From the NCBI GenBank assembly GCA_030704615.1, contig CM060731.1, positions 16,678,001 through 16,742,000 of the forward strand: a DNA stretch of 64,000 nt. The letters are read 5' to 3'. Under the pieces are notes generated by a model that saw nothing but the letters and a program-made list of their open reading frames with translations, was not told where the DNA came from and searched no databases. The DNA is from Takakia lepidozioides. Lineage: Eukaryota > Plantae > Bryophyta. Positions 24,316-38,170 of this stretch are shown here, one piece after another; position 1 is the stretch's first letter, and each line of letters opens with the position of its first letter. The position numbers and the translations under genes are program-made.

Positions 24316-27254
24316 TGGGGTAACGACTCATTTTGAGTCGTAAAAGTCAAAAAATTGGGATCGACTGGAAGTTACAAACGACTAGTTACAACAGACGTGG
24401 TAGTTGGGTTGGACATCCAATGATTGGAGTGGTAAAGGACGCAGACGCGCGAACAACTGCTCAGCGATTAATGCGATTAATGTTGAAAAACCACGTGACG
24501 TAACCAGGCGGGCCGCCCGTGTGTCTGACATTTTGGGCTGACTTTGACTTTTCCCTCCGAATGAGTGGACCGACTCACCAAAGCGCGGTGACACATGGAC
24601 ACGGACGTGGACGACGATGTGAACGCCGACGTGGCGGCGCCACGACGAGCAGCACTACTGCCACGTGGCCGCGGGCCCGGGGCGTCACGTGGTAGTAGTC
24701 CACATAACTTGCAGTGCTACATGCCCAGTGGCAATTGCGATTGCGGAAGTTGGCGCAACCACTGCTTTACTACTTTACATGAAGTGCTCGAAATTACTTG
24801 AACAATCATTCATAGTGATTCATGCTTTGGAGTTTTGGTGTTTGTAGTGAGTCGACTAATAATGCCATACAAGAGAACTAATTATGCATTAGAAATGCAC
24901 AAACGATGAAAGACATGCCATGAAACAAAATGAAATGAAAATGAATGAAATGAAACAAAATGGTACTTTATTACATCAGCGGAAAGCTCAAAGAGCTTAT
25001 GGGACAAAATGAAAAACACAAAGTAAAAAAGCAGCCCAAAAGCTACTGCTGCTCTGGGGATTGCCTAAGGGTCAAGGCCTCGTGCAAATAAGCTGCCAAG
25101 CAGTTCTGATCCTCATAATGCAAGACTTCAGTGAGTTCCACGGAATAGACCATCTACCCATGGAGGTTTCTTGTAGTTATTGATCCACAGGGAATCATAG
25201 GTAATCTTGTGCTTGAAATTTGGCCCTCTAGGATGAATCTGGACCACACTCTATCCCTGCTCCTTCAGCTATCCATGCCCCTGCACAAATCATGCATTCA
25301 TCCTTGCCTTGCTGCTAGTAGCTGACAATGACAACCTACATTTGTTCTAGGAAAAACCCAACTCAGCTTATCACACTAGTTCATATGCTCAATTGCGTCT
25401 GCTACTCTCTGAAATGTAGCAGGCATTTACCTTTTTGCCTCGGTTGTCCCATCATTGACTGGGGGCAGAAAAGTATTCATTCCACAGCTTCTCCTCATGT
25501 CTGTTACTTGTTTTTTGATACTTTCCTGTTGTCACATTGCAGTATCATGTCAAAGTCACTCCAAACTAGATTCACTCAACCAGCTAACTCGCTAGCTCAA
25601 CCATCTTCAAAGATCACACACAATACAAACCACACATTTTAGGACTTAGCTCCTACACATAATCATGCAAGCTCGTACATGTATAACTTCGCTAAACTAA
25701 AGACGAAGAGATTGAGTCAAAACGTGTCCATGACTATATATCCCACATAATTGGTACCACGCATTTTTCAGCCACTCATATTGTCCCACGTGTATAGGTG
25801 AGTCATGTTCCCTAGCTATAGTGAAAGATTATACTTATCAATCAATTATATGCTTCTAAGCCAAAATTTCAAATTATAATGCGGAATTAACATTTATTGT
25901 TTAAATTTATAAGGTCAGATTTAGATTATATATTGTAGGTTTGGCCATATCTTGGTCATATGAAACCTCTTTGACGTAATTTTTTTGGGAATAGCCAGAA
26001 GGCTCACAATTCTACCCATCCGTGCACATGGTTTTCATTTTTGGCCTTCTACCCAAAATCTATGGATTTTTCCAAAGTGAATTGGTTTCTTCCTTGATAT
26101 ATTGTCACTTTGAATGTGTGAACTGTTAATTAAATATTATTTAAGCCATAAATGGTCTTCAGTTAAAAATATCTAAATGTTCATAAACATTTGAATTATT
26201 GTACACATTGCTTGAAACATTTGCCACTACAATTAGCTACTGAAATATCATAAATATCACTTCCAGCGTAACTATTACGTAGTGAGTAACACCATTTTAA
26301 CTAAATCCGGACTTGCAAGGAGTCCATACTTAATGGAATACGGAGCTCATACGAAGCTAGTACAGAGATAAAAAAATTAAAATTAATGTAACTAAGCCTA
26401 TTTATATCATATAATATATATTAATTATTTAAAAATCCATTTTTATATTCAATATCCAAAAGATGTTTATATTTTATTTAAGAAATGAAGTCATGTTTAG
26501 TACTAACACATTAATATGTCTTGTACCACGTAGTGATACGTTTGAATATCATCTTATTAAAATAGAATAGTCTATTTCGACATAAGGCTGACTTGAACCA
26601 TACTGTACTAGATTTTTTTTGTTAATACTACAAGACAATGTAATTCGGATGTGACCAAGATTCGTAAGATGCTGAGTCAGATTCTCCTTGCAATGACGAT
26701 TCATTTGCAAGACGACTACCATGCAAAAGAGGCATAACTCTCTGTCGTCATTTACTGATAGTACCCTGTTTCGATGTACACTTGCCAGTGTGAAGACGGT
26801 TAAGAAGAATCTCGATATGACTTCCGACGCCAGTAGAGATAGTTCTATTCTCGTTAGAACATTGTACCATCCGAATTAACACTAGCAACCACACTGCGTG
26901 AAATTGAAGATGCAGATGTACGCGCTTCCGATTGTCAACAATTGAATTCAGACCTTCTTCTATCGAACGATGCTTCGCAATTCCTCCTCATGATCCACTG
27001 AACACAAAAAAAAACAAATGAGACATTTCCAAATCAAATTTGAATACTATGAAGCCATGAATGAAAAATACTTTAGGAATTAAAGAAAAGTAAAATTTGA
27101 AAGAATTAGCATGATCACCAAGGAAAATTTGTGTACCAAGATAGTCAGGTTGAAGAAGACGAAGGTGACGAACAGAAGGATGAACATATCTCCCAAACCA
27201 AGACCAGTGCGGATGGTTCCAACCGATGGAAGGTCGCGCTCTCTTGATACAGTT

Positions 27255-27826
27255 TCACTTACATAGTCTACCACATTCGAAGCTATATGGCATGTTGTGC
27301 ATGAACGGCCAAACTGTCTTGATCATACTTAAATTGTTGTGAATTTGATCCTTGGAGGCACTCTCTCCTGTAGATAACACTTTGATATGAAGAGGGAAAA
27401 TTCGTGTATTCTTTGGGTTCCTCCGTGCTTTGGAAGGCTTATCGTCAACTAAGAGAATTTGACCCTGTTTCGCAAAAGGCTTGTTTGCAAACTTTACTAA
27501 AACTTTGTCAAGATCTTTGACTAGGTACTTCATCCCATACATGATGTAGCCGGACGTAATTGAACAGTACTCAGCTGACCAAATGAAATTAAACGGCTCC
27601 ATGATCTCTGTTGGAACAAAAGCCTCTAACATTTTGAAAAGAACATCCTTTTGGGCGCATGATCAAATAGCGATGTAAAAATTCGCATCAACAACTTCAG
27701 AAAATCGATTACACATGGACGAGGAATTACAAATGGTGTTTCCGGCACTTGAAGTTTTATGCGTTGTCTGGGATATTTAGCTCTCAACAACAAAATAACA
27801 TTAGTACCGGTAGAAGAACAAAACAA
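27255..27826 (-). pseudogene. FCP1/NIF-like (HAD superfamily) phosphatase domain remnant
   Basis: IPRPCVIDFLK, FIWSAEYC, VKDLDKV, ILLVDDKPSKARRNP. Frameshifted; the DxDxT motif is not seen. Confidence 0.7.
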
Positions 27827-29525
27827 AAAGTGAAAACAAGAAAGCTTCTTTCAGACGACGGACCCTATGTCGAAGTGTGCATCTGAACATGACACGTGCA
27901 ATGACAAAGAGAATAAAACTTACATTCTTCAACAAAATATAGAAAGATAATTAGAAAGAAAAATAATGTGGATTGAGTTAATACCCTTTCAGGCCGAGGG
28001 CTTAAAGACAACTTAGTCTTTTTGGATCTTGTGAGTAAGGAGGATGACAAATCAGCTTCCCGACCTCCATCACTTGTGGAGCGCATCAACTCCACCCTCC
28101 TTGAAATGTTAGGTCTCTCATCTCGAGAAGTACACATTTCAGCACTTGAAGTCAATGACTTTGATCTCGTTGACCTGCAAACCGAACTACCCGAAAATCA
28201 TCGAGAAACTCCACTAGAGAATTCTGTTGTAGACCAAGTCACTATGCATGGTGCAACTTTCTCAGAAATTTGAGAGGATGTTGTAATAAAAGAGCTGTCC
28301 CAATGTGGATGTGATCTGATCCCTCTTGAGACCATGACATAGTCAAACAAATGCTTGGACATACTTGGCTCAACAGAAACTTGCACAACGTCTTGTGTCC
28401 AAAATCCATTTTCAGAACATTACTTTAACCAGAAACACAAAGAACAATTATATAAAATCACCTTGATATGTTACAATAATTACATTTGTTTCCCCGTACT
28501 CTCGACATGGATGAATCCATAAACTGGCTTTGCCTCACAATGAAGTGTAGATTCATCCATTCCAAAAGGCTACATTTTGGACTATTTGTAATTTGTAAAT
28601 CAAGTAATGCATCTCCCCCAGAGGAACAAGATTTGGGTGGAATACTCTCCATTACAAGTCGTCCTTGTGCGAGTTGATCCATTTTTTTCTTCCCTAGTAT
28701 CTGGAAAAAGAAAAAAGAAAAAAGAATTCTTCAGCATCACATGCAACCAATCCAATATGAGGAGCTCAATGGGCATGAATCAAAACAATTTCACATATAG
28801 TACCTCCCCTTGCGAGATCTGTTGTCGATTGTAAGAAGCAGAGATAACATTGTTGTCTAAAATTGAGGCAACCATTGACGATCTCGGAAGACCGGTAACA
28901 AAGGGTACCGCTTGTACAACCTCCACAAATGATTCCAACAACGGAGCAATCATTGTCGATTGCGGAAGAACAATGTCAACTGACACTGCTTCTTTAACCC
29001 CCAAAGATTGTTCCGAGAGCGGAACAACCTGTGAAATGCATGAGATGTACAAGTTAGAGACAAGACATGTGGATACTTTGGACCCGGGTCCGAAATGAAG
29101 GAAACATAAGATGATGATCGTGGACTAGTAGGAGATGCGACACATACTCTCTGAAAGAGATTGAGCAGATGATTCGACCTATAACGTCTAATTAAAGACT
29201 GATTAGATTCATTTACCTTGACTTCAGCATGACTGGGAGAGTGTCACTTTAAGTCCAAATCAAGAATAGAATAAAAAATATGTGGCAATCCATCACTACG
29301 AAAGCTCTCCACATCCATATCGATAACATGACCAGAAGTCTTCCTCTCAGCGGAGCAAGGGAGACTCAACAGGTCTTCAAAATCCTTCATGGTCAACATA
29401 TTGTGAGGCATCATTATATGCATATCAATTTGAACCACAATTGTCTGTTTGATAGTTCGATGGGAATATAAACTTTGGGAATTGAACTTCATACACTCCA
29501 ATAGTGAAATTGAATAGACCAACTT

Positions 29526-30687
29526 ATGAACTCAAGATGTTTATAGCACAAGATAATGGCCTATCTTTTTTAAATAAAGAACAGACCTCCCACTATCTCA
29601 TGTAAAGTATACTTAAGTTCACTCAAACAAAAGTACCTTGCTATCCAAGGGAAGCTTTCGAATGAACTTGGGTATCTTTTACATTACAAAGTGAGGTGGC
29701 TGTTCTCTTAGGGAGGATGTGGTCACTGTCCTAGGTAAACCTCTTGCTATGCCAAGTCCTACTACACTTCACTCTCATGTCAATGACAGTGATATTATCT
29801 AACAATGGTCCAGACATGCATATAACTTATCAGAAAACAATACGTGGAAACCTCACGTACAAGACCTACATGAGAATTCAATACAGACCAGTTGGACTTG
29901 AATACCTCTATGCCCACTTCAGAAGCCACCTCATGTGGAAATATATGACCATGACAACTTTGGTGTTCCATGTCCTGTGTGAAAGTTGGGACCAGATTCT
30001 CTTTTAATTCCTCCATGCCAGCCTGCAGTCTGCAGACAGTCATGTATGCACACCTAAAACTGAAACAATAAAAAGGAATACAATGCGTACATTGTTCTAA
30101 GTGTATCAACGATGAACTCAAGATGTTTATGGCATAACTAAATAATGGTCATATCTTCTCTAAATAAAGAATGGACCTCCCACTATCTCATATGACAGAT
30201 ACCTAAGTTCACTCAAATAAGAGTACCTTGCTATCCAAGGGAGTTTTCGAATGAACTCGGGTATCCGTTATAGTTCAAAGTGAGGTGGTTGTTCTCTTTA
30301 GGGAGGATGTTGTCACCGTCCTATGTAAACCTCTTGCTATGCCAAGTCCTACTACACTTCACTCTCATGACAGTATTAGTGATATTATCTAACAATGGTC
30401 CAAACTTGCATACTAGTACTTATCAGAAAGTAATACGTGGAAACCTTACGTACAAGACCTGCATGAGAATTCATTACAGACCGGTTGGACTTGAATACCT
30501 CTATGCCCACTTCAGAAGCCACGTCATGTGGTTCAATATATGACCATGACAACTTTGGAGTTCCATGTCTAGGATGTAAAAGTTGGGGCCACATTCTCCT
30601 TTAATTCCTCCATGGCTTGCAGACAGTCATGTATGCACACCTAAAATCTGACATAATAAAAGGGAAGACAATTCGTACATTGTTCTG
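29526..30687. repeat. Tandem duplication, two ~585-bp units, followed by (CA)n
   Basis: ATGAACTCAAGATGTTTAT at 29526 and 30112, with long shared blocks such as GTTGGACTTGAATACCTCTATGCCCACTTCAGAAGCCAC. Confidence 0.93.
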
Positions 30688-31611
30688 ACACACACACACA
30701 CACACACCACCGTTTTTTTCTTTCATTTAAGAACTTGAGCCACGTTGGCTCTTGGCTGGCTTATGAGGAAGATCAATTGGCGACTCTGTGGCATGTGATC
30801 TCGAACCGGTGGCTACTATCAAGAATGTTTGATGAGTTTTATGCGAACTCAACTCATGTAGTGTTCGGTTTGTGGGAGCGACAAGGGAGGTAATTTTTTC
30901 TAAGTAACAACGACACTGCATATTGCAAAGCATGTGGTTGAGCAAAAATACCCTCCTGGGGAATTGACCCTCAGCCACAAAGACTCTCCCCACTGCAGCA
31001 CAGGGCGGGACCTACACAAGCAAACCACGTAAGTGTACAAGAACAAACATAAATGAAAAAAACACCCGGAACACCTTAAAAGTTTCGTGCAGATTAGAAC
31101 AAGGCAAAGAAGCCATGGAAACAAAGGCAACCAGCCTAGCACAACTCTCTCACATGGATACAATCCATTGACAAATATGATTAGTCTTGTCCAACATCAG
31201 CAACTCTCCTCAAAGCCTCGTGCCAATGCAAGAGGCGGTGCAAGTATGGAGGTGCATGACAGGGATACTAGGCGGATAAGCAAAACCTAAGAGTTCCCTA
31301 CATAGCTCGACCCCTTGGCGAAAGCGGGAAGAGTTTGAACCTAAGGCTTTGCTCCTTGCGCTGGCAGGATGGTAGGGTTTCTAGAAATCGATAGGCAAGA
31401 TCATCTGGATCTAACGAACCCGAATGGCATGTTGCTCTTTTTCCTGTGCGACAGCTGTACAGGTGGCGTCCTCATTGCAGCGACATGATGGCATTAGGGA
31501 GGGCAGTGATGCGAAACAGTGCCCTATTTTAACCCATTATTCCTTTGTAGATTTCGTGAGGCCAGTTTCTTCCTCGAAAAATGACGAATTTTCGTGCATA
31601 AAAAAAACGCT

Positions 31612-31612
<1 letters not shown>

Positions 31613-31669
<57 letters not shown>

Positions 31670-31670
31670 C
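31613..31670. repeat. (AC)n(AT)n microsatellite forming the tail of the adjacent LINE
   Basis: Directly visible; it abuts the LINE 3' motif. Confidence 0.95.
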
Positions 31671-31672
31671 AC

Positions 31673-33075
31673 GACGCCAACCCAAGTCAGCGTAAATAAG
31701 AGCCTCTTCCCCTTGCGGGTACTGCCCCCTTTCAGGGGTGGGCTCTATCCGCACCGTAACTTGTCATACAGTGGCTAGTTGACCACTTTCAATCTTACGT
31801 TTATTGATGATTAGGGATGTGAGTGATGTAATAGCTGTGAAGTGTAAAGCTCGTAGTAGAGGTGTACTATATTTGGGTGGTAGGTTGAGATTATTTTTCA
31901 AACCTTGGATATTATGGGTATGAGCACCGCCCCAAACACCTGCAGTGATGACGGTCAGAGGTGCCATGTTCGAGCCTCGCTGACGGAGGGCATGTATGAT
32001 TGGGTCATATTTTTCATGTTTGTACATAATTGATTGATCTGGATTTCGATCATGGCAGAATGTAAATTCCAAAAAATGTATTTTGAGAGATGGAAGGGGT
32101 TCCATCGGCGGCAATGCAAGTACAGGAAGTCCTTGGACTAGCAAAATATTTGGGCATAGCCTTGCCAGGCAAAGGCACGGGTGCCCTTGGGAGCATACAC
32201 AAGGTAGTAGCCATGGGGGTATAGTGTGGTCCGGTGGGCGACCTTGGAACGTGCCTGCATTGATGAGGTTAAACCATCTGGACTTCGGATGTGAAGTGAG
32301 AATTTTGTGGAGTTGTCTAACCCCTTGGTTATGTCTAGTTACCCATGAATTATGGGGTGGTTGCAATGGAGAAGTAAGTGTGGCCATGTGTCTATTTGGG
32401 GATTTTGGGATGAACATAACATGCAGTGTTTATTAGGGTATAATAATGGCCAGAACAAGTTTCGTCGTTGATTGCCCATATATTGACCATACCGAAATTT
32501 CAGAGTTTGTTTGATTTGTGCATCAGTAACCCCGGGGGATGCCCAAAAATGATTGGACATACTATGTAGAAGGTGCGGGGATGAGACCCACTTAGATATG
32601 TAGGAATTCATGTAGGTACGAGATTCTTGTATGAGTAGTTTGGTCTCGCCTTTAATGTGTGTGTGCAGGTTTCGTATAGGTGCTATGGTCGGGAATGTAG
32701 CCCTTGTTGATATGAGCCAAAACGGGTATATGTGCGACCGGTGGATAGAGCTGGTCGAGGGGTTGGTGATTGGATGAATGGCACCAAGAGCAAGATGGTC
32801 TGCTATGTCATTACCTATTATATCTGTGTGAGATCAAACTTTATGTATATGGATTTGTAGTGGTAAAGATGATACAATATCGACGATTCCTTTATAAGTG
32901 TAATATCAGGATGGTGGATCTATGATGATGGCTTGCAGATTTGGTTGATGAGAAGATGTAGGGAGACCAAGCTGTCTGTAAATAAATAGTATGTTGAAGT
33001 AGGTTGGTATGGGAGAGACTTGAGAGCATCATGTATAGCCATAAGCTCCGCTCTCAAGATATTTTGGCATGGAAT
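31673..33075 (-). mobile_element. 5'-truncated non-LTR element: RNase H - CCHC - restriction-like endonuclease (Dualen/RandI-like)
   Basis: ILRAELMAI, FTDSL, HKV*SHTDIIGNDIADHLA (RNase H); CMLC...DTWPHLLLHC; TRHN; P(N)ILLV...LEFTFC...KHEKY...VITAGVWG (PD-(D/E)xK-type RLE pattern). Confidence 0.88.
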
Positions 33076-33663
33076 ACACATGGATTGCATAAATCTACCG
33101 AATATTTGTAAGACAATGTGGATGATGTTACCACTCTATTATTGATGAGACTGTGGGGACACATTCGATGAAGCCCTTCCCCCGCTAAGATGGAATTTGT
33201 CATCTCCAGATGGATAAGGAGATAGTATGATTGATGATCTCTTCATTACCACATTGGAGTTGATTTGAATGGATTTAGCCTCATTTGCAGTGTCACACAA
33301 GTTTGGGGACACTATGCAAGGGGGTTAAAATCAACTGACTTCCTCCTTTGGCGACGACAGGATATATCCCAACGTAACGAAGTACCACTACGAGATGCCC
33401 CGGACATTGGATGAATGTCGACTCGCTTGCAACTTAAGGAATATCAATTGCAGGCTGATAAAATCCAATGCAAAAAAACGATGATAGGATCAATGTCAAT
33501 TGTGAAATATGAACTTGAAACCACTACTCATCTGGTTAAGAGCATATGCAAACAAAAGACATAAAATCATGCTACTTCGACCTCAGGTCCGAACGTATCA
33601 AATCGATCGATTGATCTTTATATTTATCAATAGTCTGGTCTCGGAACACCATAATTAATAGTA

Positions 33664-34426
33664 TCATTTTTTCATTTGTGTTTGAAGATACGCCAGAAGT
33701 CTCCGAAACTTTGGATCGTCCAAATTTTCATGTGGATCCCCGAACTTGTTCCACCCAACATATTTCGCCACAGATGGAGCTTCCAACAATCCAAGGAGGT
33801 ATTTCTCAAGCTTTCTAAGCAAACATTTATCCTTTGCAAATGTTTCAATTGGTGGAGGGTAAATGCATGACCCCACGGGATTGATGGCACACTTGTATGG
33901 GTTATCATCAACAAGGAGAGTGTTTTCCTCATCATATTGAACTTTGTACTTGTCCCACACTGTCCTAAGAGGCTTCAGAAAAAAGGGGCAAGAAGATTCT
34001 GTAGAACTTTTTGCTGCGTTGAAGTTTCTAGGAGCAATATCGGCTGGACAAACAATGCAATCGTCTTGGGACATAACAAAAACAGGCTTTGGCAAACCTT
34101 CAAAAAGCCTCTTAACAATTGGCATGAGGTTCTCGGGCATCATATAACTCCAGATAGCTAGATCGAAGGAATCACTCAGTGAACACCATAACTTATCATA
34201 GCGCTCGCGCCGGTATACCATCATATTGCTAATAACTAGGGGATATCTGAAATCCTTTTTGCCTTGGAATTTTCCTTCGTGTGGTGACCACTATCCTGAA
34301 AACTCTCAGTGTGCAAAACACACCATTCAGGTCAAATACAATCAGTATTCTTTTCGGGACACTTTGCACTTCGTCAAGTGGTCGCTGAGGCTCATTCTGG
34401 TGAAAGGTGAAACCCCAAATAAACAA
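33664..34426 (-). pseudogene. FCP1/NIF-like (HAD superfamily) phosphatase domain gene or pseudogene
   Basis: LIVFDLNGV (motif I variant), LAIWS, FVMSQDDC, FLKPLRTVW, NTLLVDDNPYKCAINP. Frame break near 34225. Confidence 0.8.
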
Positions 34427-35049
34427 GTTAGTGAGAAGCTTAGGTTAATATAGAATATACAACAACAATTCATCGCATCAGAAGAAAATGAACAAAAAGA
34501 ATGAAATCACATAGGGACATTGTACATATAATTTCAAATTTGGAGACGTCTATTCGTGAAATAGCCTTCGCAGCTTCCGCCCTTGCCTCTAGATTCTTTA
34601 CCCATTCATCAAACTCGTTTGGCTTCGACCACTTGAAATCCCACAATTTCAAGAACTTAACTTGAGGATTGCTCAGTTTAGTGTCTTGTCAACAATTCTT
34701 AACTATATAGTGAAAATGATAGTGAAATGTGTCAATAGTGAAAATGACAGTGAAACCTCGCTGGTTGGAAATCCCATGGGATGTTGTAGTGTTTGCTTGC
34801 CACTCACTCGATTGAAAGACCTTGATTAAACAACTTATAGATCACGGTTGTAAGGTCTGTGGGAGTATTCCACTTTTCTATCTACAAGACAACAATGTTG
34901 CCGACGGGATGCTGAGTTGACGGTCAGCATACCCTTGGCAATATTGTTGTCCTCTGCATAAAAAAATGGAATACTCCCATAGGCCTCGCAACTTGCAAGT
35001 TGTTGAATCAAGGTCTTGATCGAGTAGCCGGGAGCGCCAACGGAATTTT

Positions 35050-35860
35050 GGCAGAAGACACAACAGTTTTGTTATTCAAAAAAGCCGCAAACCATCTATT
35101 CTTCATTGTTGTAAAAGCGATTGGGGTCGATATGATCGTTCATGACGGTCACCAACGTTTGTAGTACTGGTCCATAGTGCCACCTTTTCCAGCAGTGCTG
35201 CAGTGCCGAGTGCCGCCTTGAATGTCTAGTGATCTAATTGTAACCTTCGAGCGGAGACATATATATACTTGAGATCATGTTGTAGTATTTGGTAGTAAAG
35301 TTGCCGGTGGAGGACTTTGATGTCTGCATAAGTCAACAACCTTCTAAAAATCTAAATTTGTTGATCTAAAAATATTATATTCGAATCCACAACAAAACAA
35401 AGAATACATAAATAAACTGTTTTGTCCCAAATGTCGTTATTTCAAGAATAAAATTGCGCCGGACCTTTGCAGAAGACACAAATGAATTGTCCCTTGAAAG
35501 CGCCGCATGTAATTTGTTTTTTTATTGTTGTAAAAGCGATTGGGGTTGATATCGTTGATGACGGTCACCAACTATTGCAGTGCTCTATGGTTCCCCGCAT
35601 TATTGTAATCGGAGCTGCCGGGGCAATTGATGTATTACGAGGAGGTCGCATGTGGTTGTTTGGTTGCGAGTCTGAAGGATTCTGTTGCAACCTTCGAGCG
35701 GAGACATATATATACTTGAGATTAGGTTGTAGTAGTTGGTAGTACAGTTGTCGCTGGAGGACTTGGATGTCTGCATAGATCAACAACCTTCTAAAATCTT
35801 ATTTTTGTTGATCTAAAAATATGAAAAATATTTGAAACCACACCAAAACAAAGAATACTA
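35050..35860. repeat. Diverged tandem duplication, two ~400-bp units
   Basis: GCAGAAGACACAA, TTGTTGTAAAAGCGATTGGGGT, ACCTTCGAGCGGAGACATATATATACTTGAGAT and CAAAACAAAGAATAC each occur twice in the same order. Confidence 0.85.
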
Positions 35861-37538
35861 GACAGATATCTGTATTTCTCAAGACTATCGTCTGGTTTGT
35901 TTGTTTTGTTTGTTTTTTCTGCTACGTAGAGATTTCCCAAACCATGGGGCCTCCCCTTGCACTCTTGGGACTATTGGAAAGCCCTTGATGAGGATGGATT
36001 CACCGCATGGATGCGCCGGGGCGTCACAGCGTTGCAGCCCCAGCGCATGGGGTCGCAGCTGCGGCAGCCCCAATGTTGGGCATCCCTAGCGACCCCCGGG
36101 CGTCGCAAGATCGCCCCGGCGTTGCAAACCTCAACAGTTGCGACGCGCGTCGCAAAAGACGGTGCAACGCCGCCGTCGCTGGCACACGCTCCCACCAACG
36201 GCGGGGCATCGCAACACCCCCCCTTTTTTGCAGTAGTGTCTCCCCGGAACAACTCCACATGATCCTGGAGAACATCAAAACCAAACACCAGCAAGAGCTT
36301 GCAGCAGCACAAACTACATGCAACCACAAGGTTACAATTGCTGACTTGGAGGACGAGAAAAATGCTATTCTTTGTCAGTACAACAATTGAGGTCCGTAGC
36401 TGACTGGGAACACAAATGGGACAGGTAGAGGGAAGCAACCCAGGCAGTCCAGGCAGATTTGGATGCAGAGAGAGACAAACATCGGATAATGGAGGACAAA
36501 ATTCAAATTCTTCAGCAGCAGCTCCACACAACCACAAACAAGCTCAACGACACTCATGCTCAGTTGATAGCAGCAACAAGAAGCTAATACAATAGAGGGC
36601 AGACTCTGACACTAAATTATTCACACCAAATACCGAGAGAGACATTGCCGTGGGCAATGAACAAGAATAGAAGCAGCACCTGGAGAAGCTGACTCTTCAA
36701 ACAAGACTGGATGCAGCAGACGCAGCCCTGGCCCGAACATGGTTGAGCAAGGGTCATCCCTTCAAGGTAAAGAAGTGTAATCGCCAGGGGTTGCAGCAGA
36801 TCAAAATCATTGGTGACAAAATTTGTGACAGACATTCATGAGGAATATCTGCCACCAATTCCAATGCAAGAAGAGCTCATAGATGAGGATGAGCAGGAAG
36901 AACAAGACCATGCACAAGAATAGGAAGCACCAATCAAATCAACAACAACAACACCAGTATGAACACCACCACTACAGCTTTGGAGAACACCATTATAGGC
37001 CACAGCAGGACCTTATGTGCAAGAGGTAATTATTGCACCCGTGCCAAGCATTCATGTAGCATCAGCCTCAGTTTCACTAAATGATTTTCAGATCATGCCA
37101 TGAAAGCAGAATGAGGAATGGCTCAAGTATTCAGAGAAATACTTCAGATTGATGAGCATTCTAGCCCAACAAATTCTAGAATATGCTGGAAAGGTATTCA
37201 AACACCTTACCCCCTGCAAGTCATTGGGCCAGCTGCATGCACTCAACCAGACACTCATACCCCTGAGATACAGAATGCGACCACTCACTAAGGAGGACAT
37301 ACTTCTGGGGCACAACTGGTGGAATCCTAGTTATCATTCCTGACGTGACGTGGCGCTAACACGACGGCCGTCACGTCCGACGTGCGTCACATCACGTCGA
37401 ATCCGGACGTTTATCCATGTAATGTTTTTTTACATTTGACTTTTACGATTTACTTCTACTATTTGTAATGACATGGCAGCCACGGTGTAAAACAGACGTG
37501 GCCAATTATTAATATTTATTAATACTTAAAAAAAATAT

Positions 37539-38170
37539 GTCCGCCTATATTGGCGGTTGCATATAATTTATTATTTTTAAAATAAAAGCGACCGCCCATA
37601 GTGGCGGTCGCTTGTAATTTAATATTTTGTTAAATTAAGCGACCGCCTATATTGGCGGTCGTCGGTAATTCATTATAAATGAAGCGACCGCCCATATTGG
37701 CGGTCGCTTGTATTTTATTATATTTTAAAAGAAGCGATCGCCTACATTGGCGGTCGGTTGAAGTTTATTATGTTTTAAATGAAACGACCGCCCAGATTGG
37801 CGTCGCTCACACTTTATTATATTATATTATTATATCTTTGATATATTCTGTAAAAATACAGCGACCGCCATGTGGCGGTCGCTATATATATATATTTAAA
37901 TTTAGCGACCGCCATTTAGCAGCGGTCGCTTATTTTTATTTTTAATCTTAAATAAAGCGACCGCCGTTTGGTGGTCGCTTACTTAATATATATTTTTAAA
38001 TAGCAACCGCCATTTAGCGGCGGTCGCTTATTTATATTTTGAATCGCCAAATTAAGCGACCGCCAGTAGGCGGTCGTTTATTTAATATATTTATAAAAAA
38101 AACAGCGACCGCCATGTGGTGGTCGCTCTTCTTGTTTTATAAATATAGCGACCGCCATGCGGCGGTTGCG
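37539..38170. repeat. Array of ~13 palindromic units GCGACCGCC-N(4-8)-GGCGGTCGC with AT-rich spacers (~45-50-bp period)
   Basis: Counted directly. Resembles subterminal repeats of DNA transposons. Confidence 0.92.

Noticed and set aside
35970-36000. Possible hammerhead ribozyme (GAAA and TGATGAG close together)
   Set aside because: The core is TTGATGA rather than CTGATGA, and only about four bases separate GAAA from it, leaving no room for stems I and III.
36240-37340. Coiled-coil-like coding stretch
   Set aside because: It is broken by many stops and frameshifts and no family could be recognised, so it was left uncalled.
37539-38170. CRISPR-like look of regularly spaced palindromic repeats
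   Set aside because: Eukaryotic context, no cas genes, variable repeat loops and low-complexity AT-rich spacers that resemble each other. It fits transposon subterminal repeats better.
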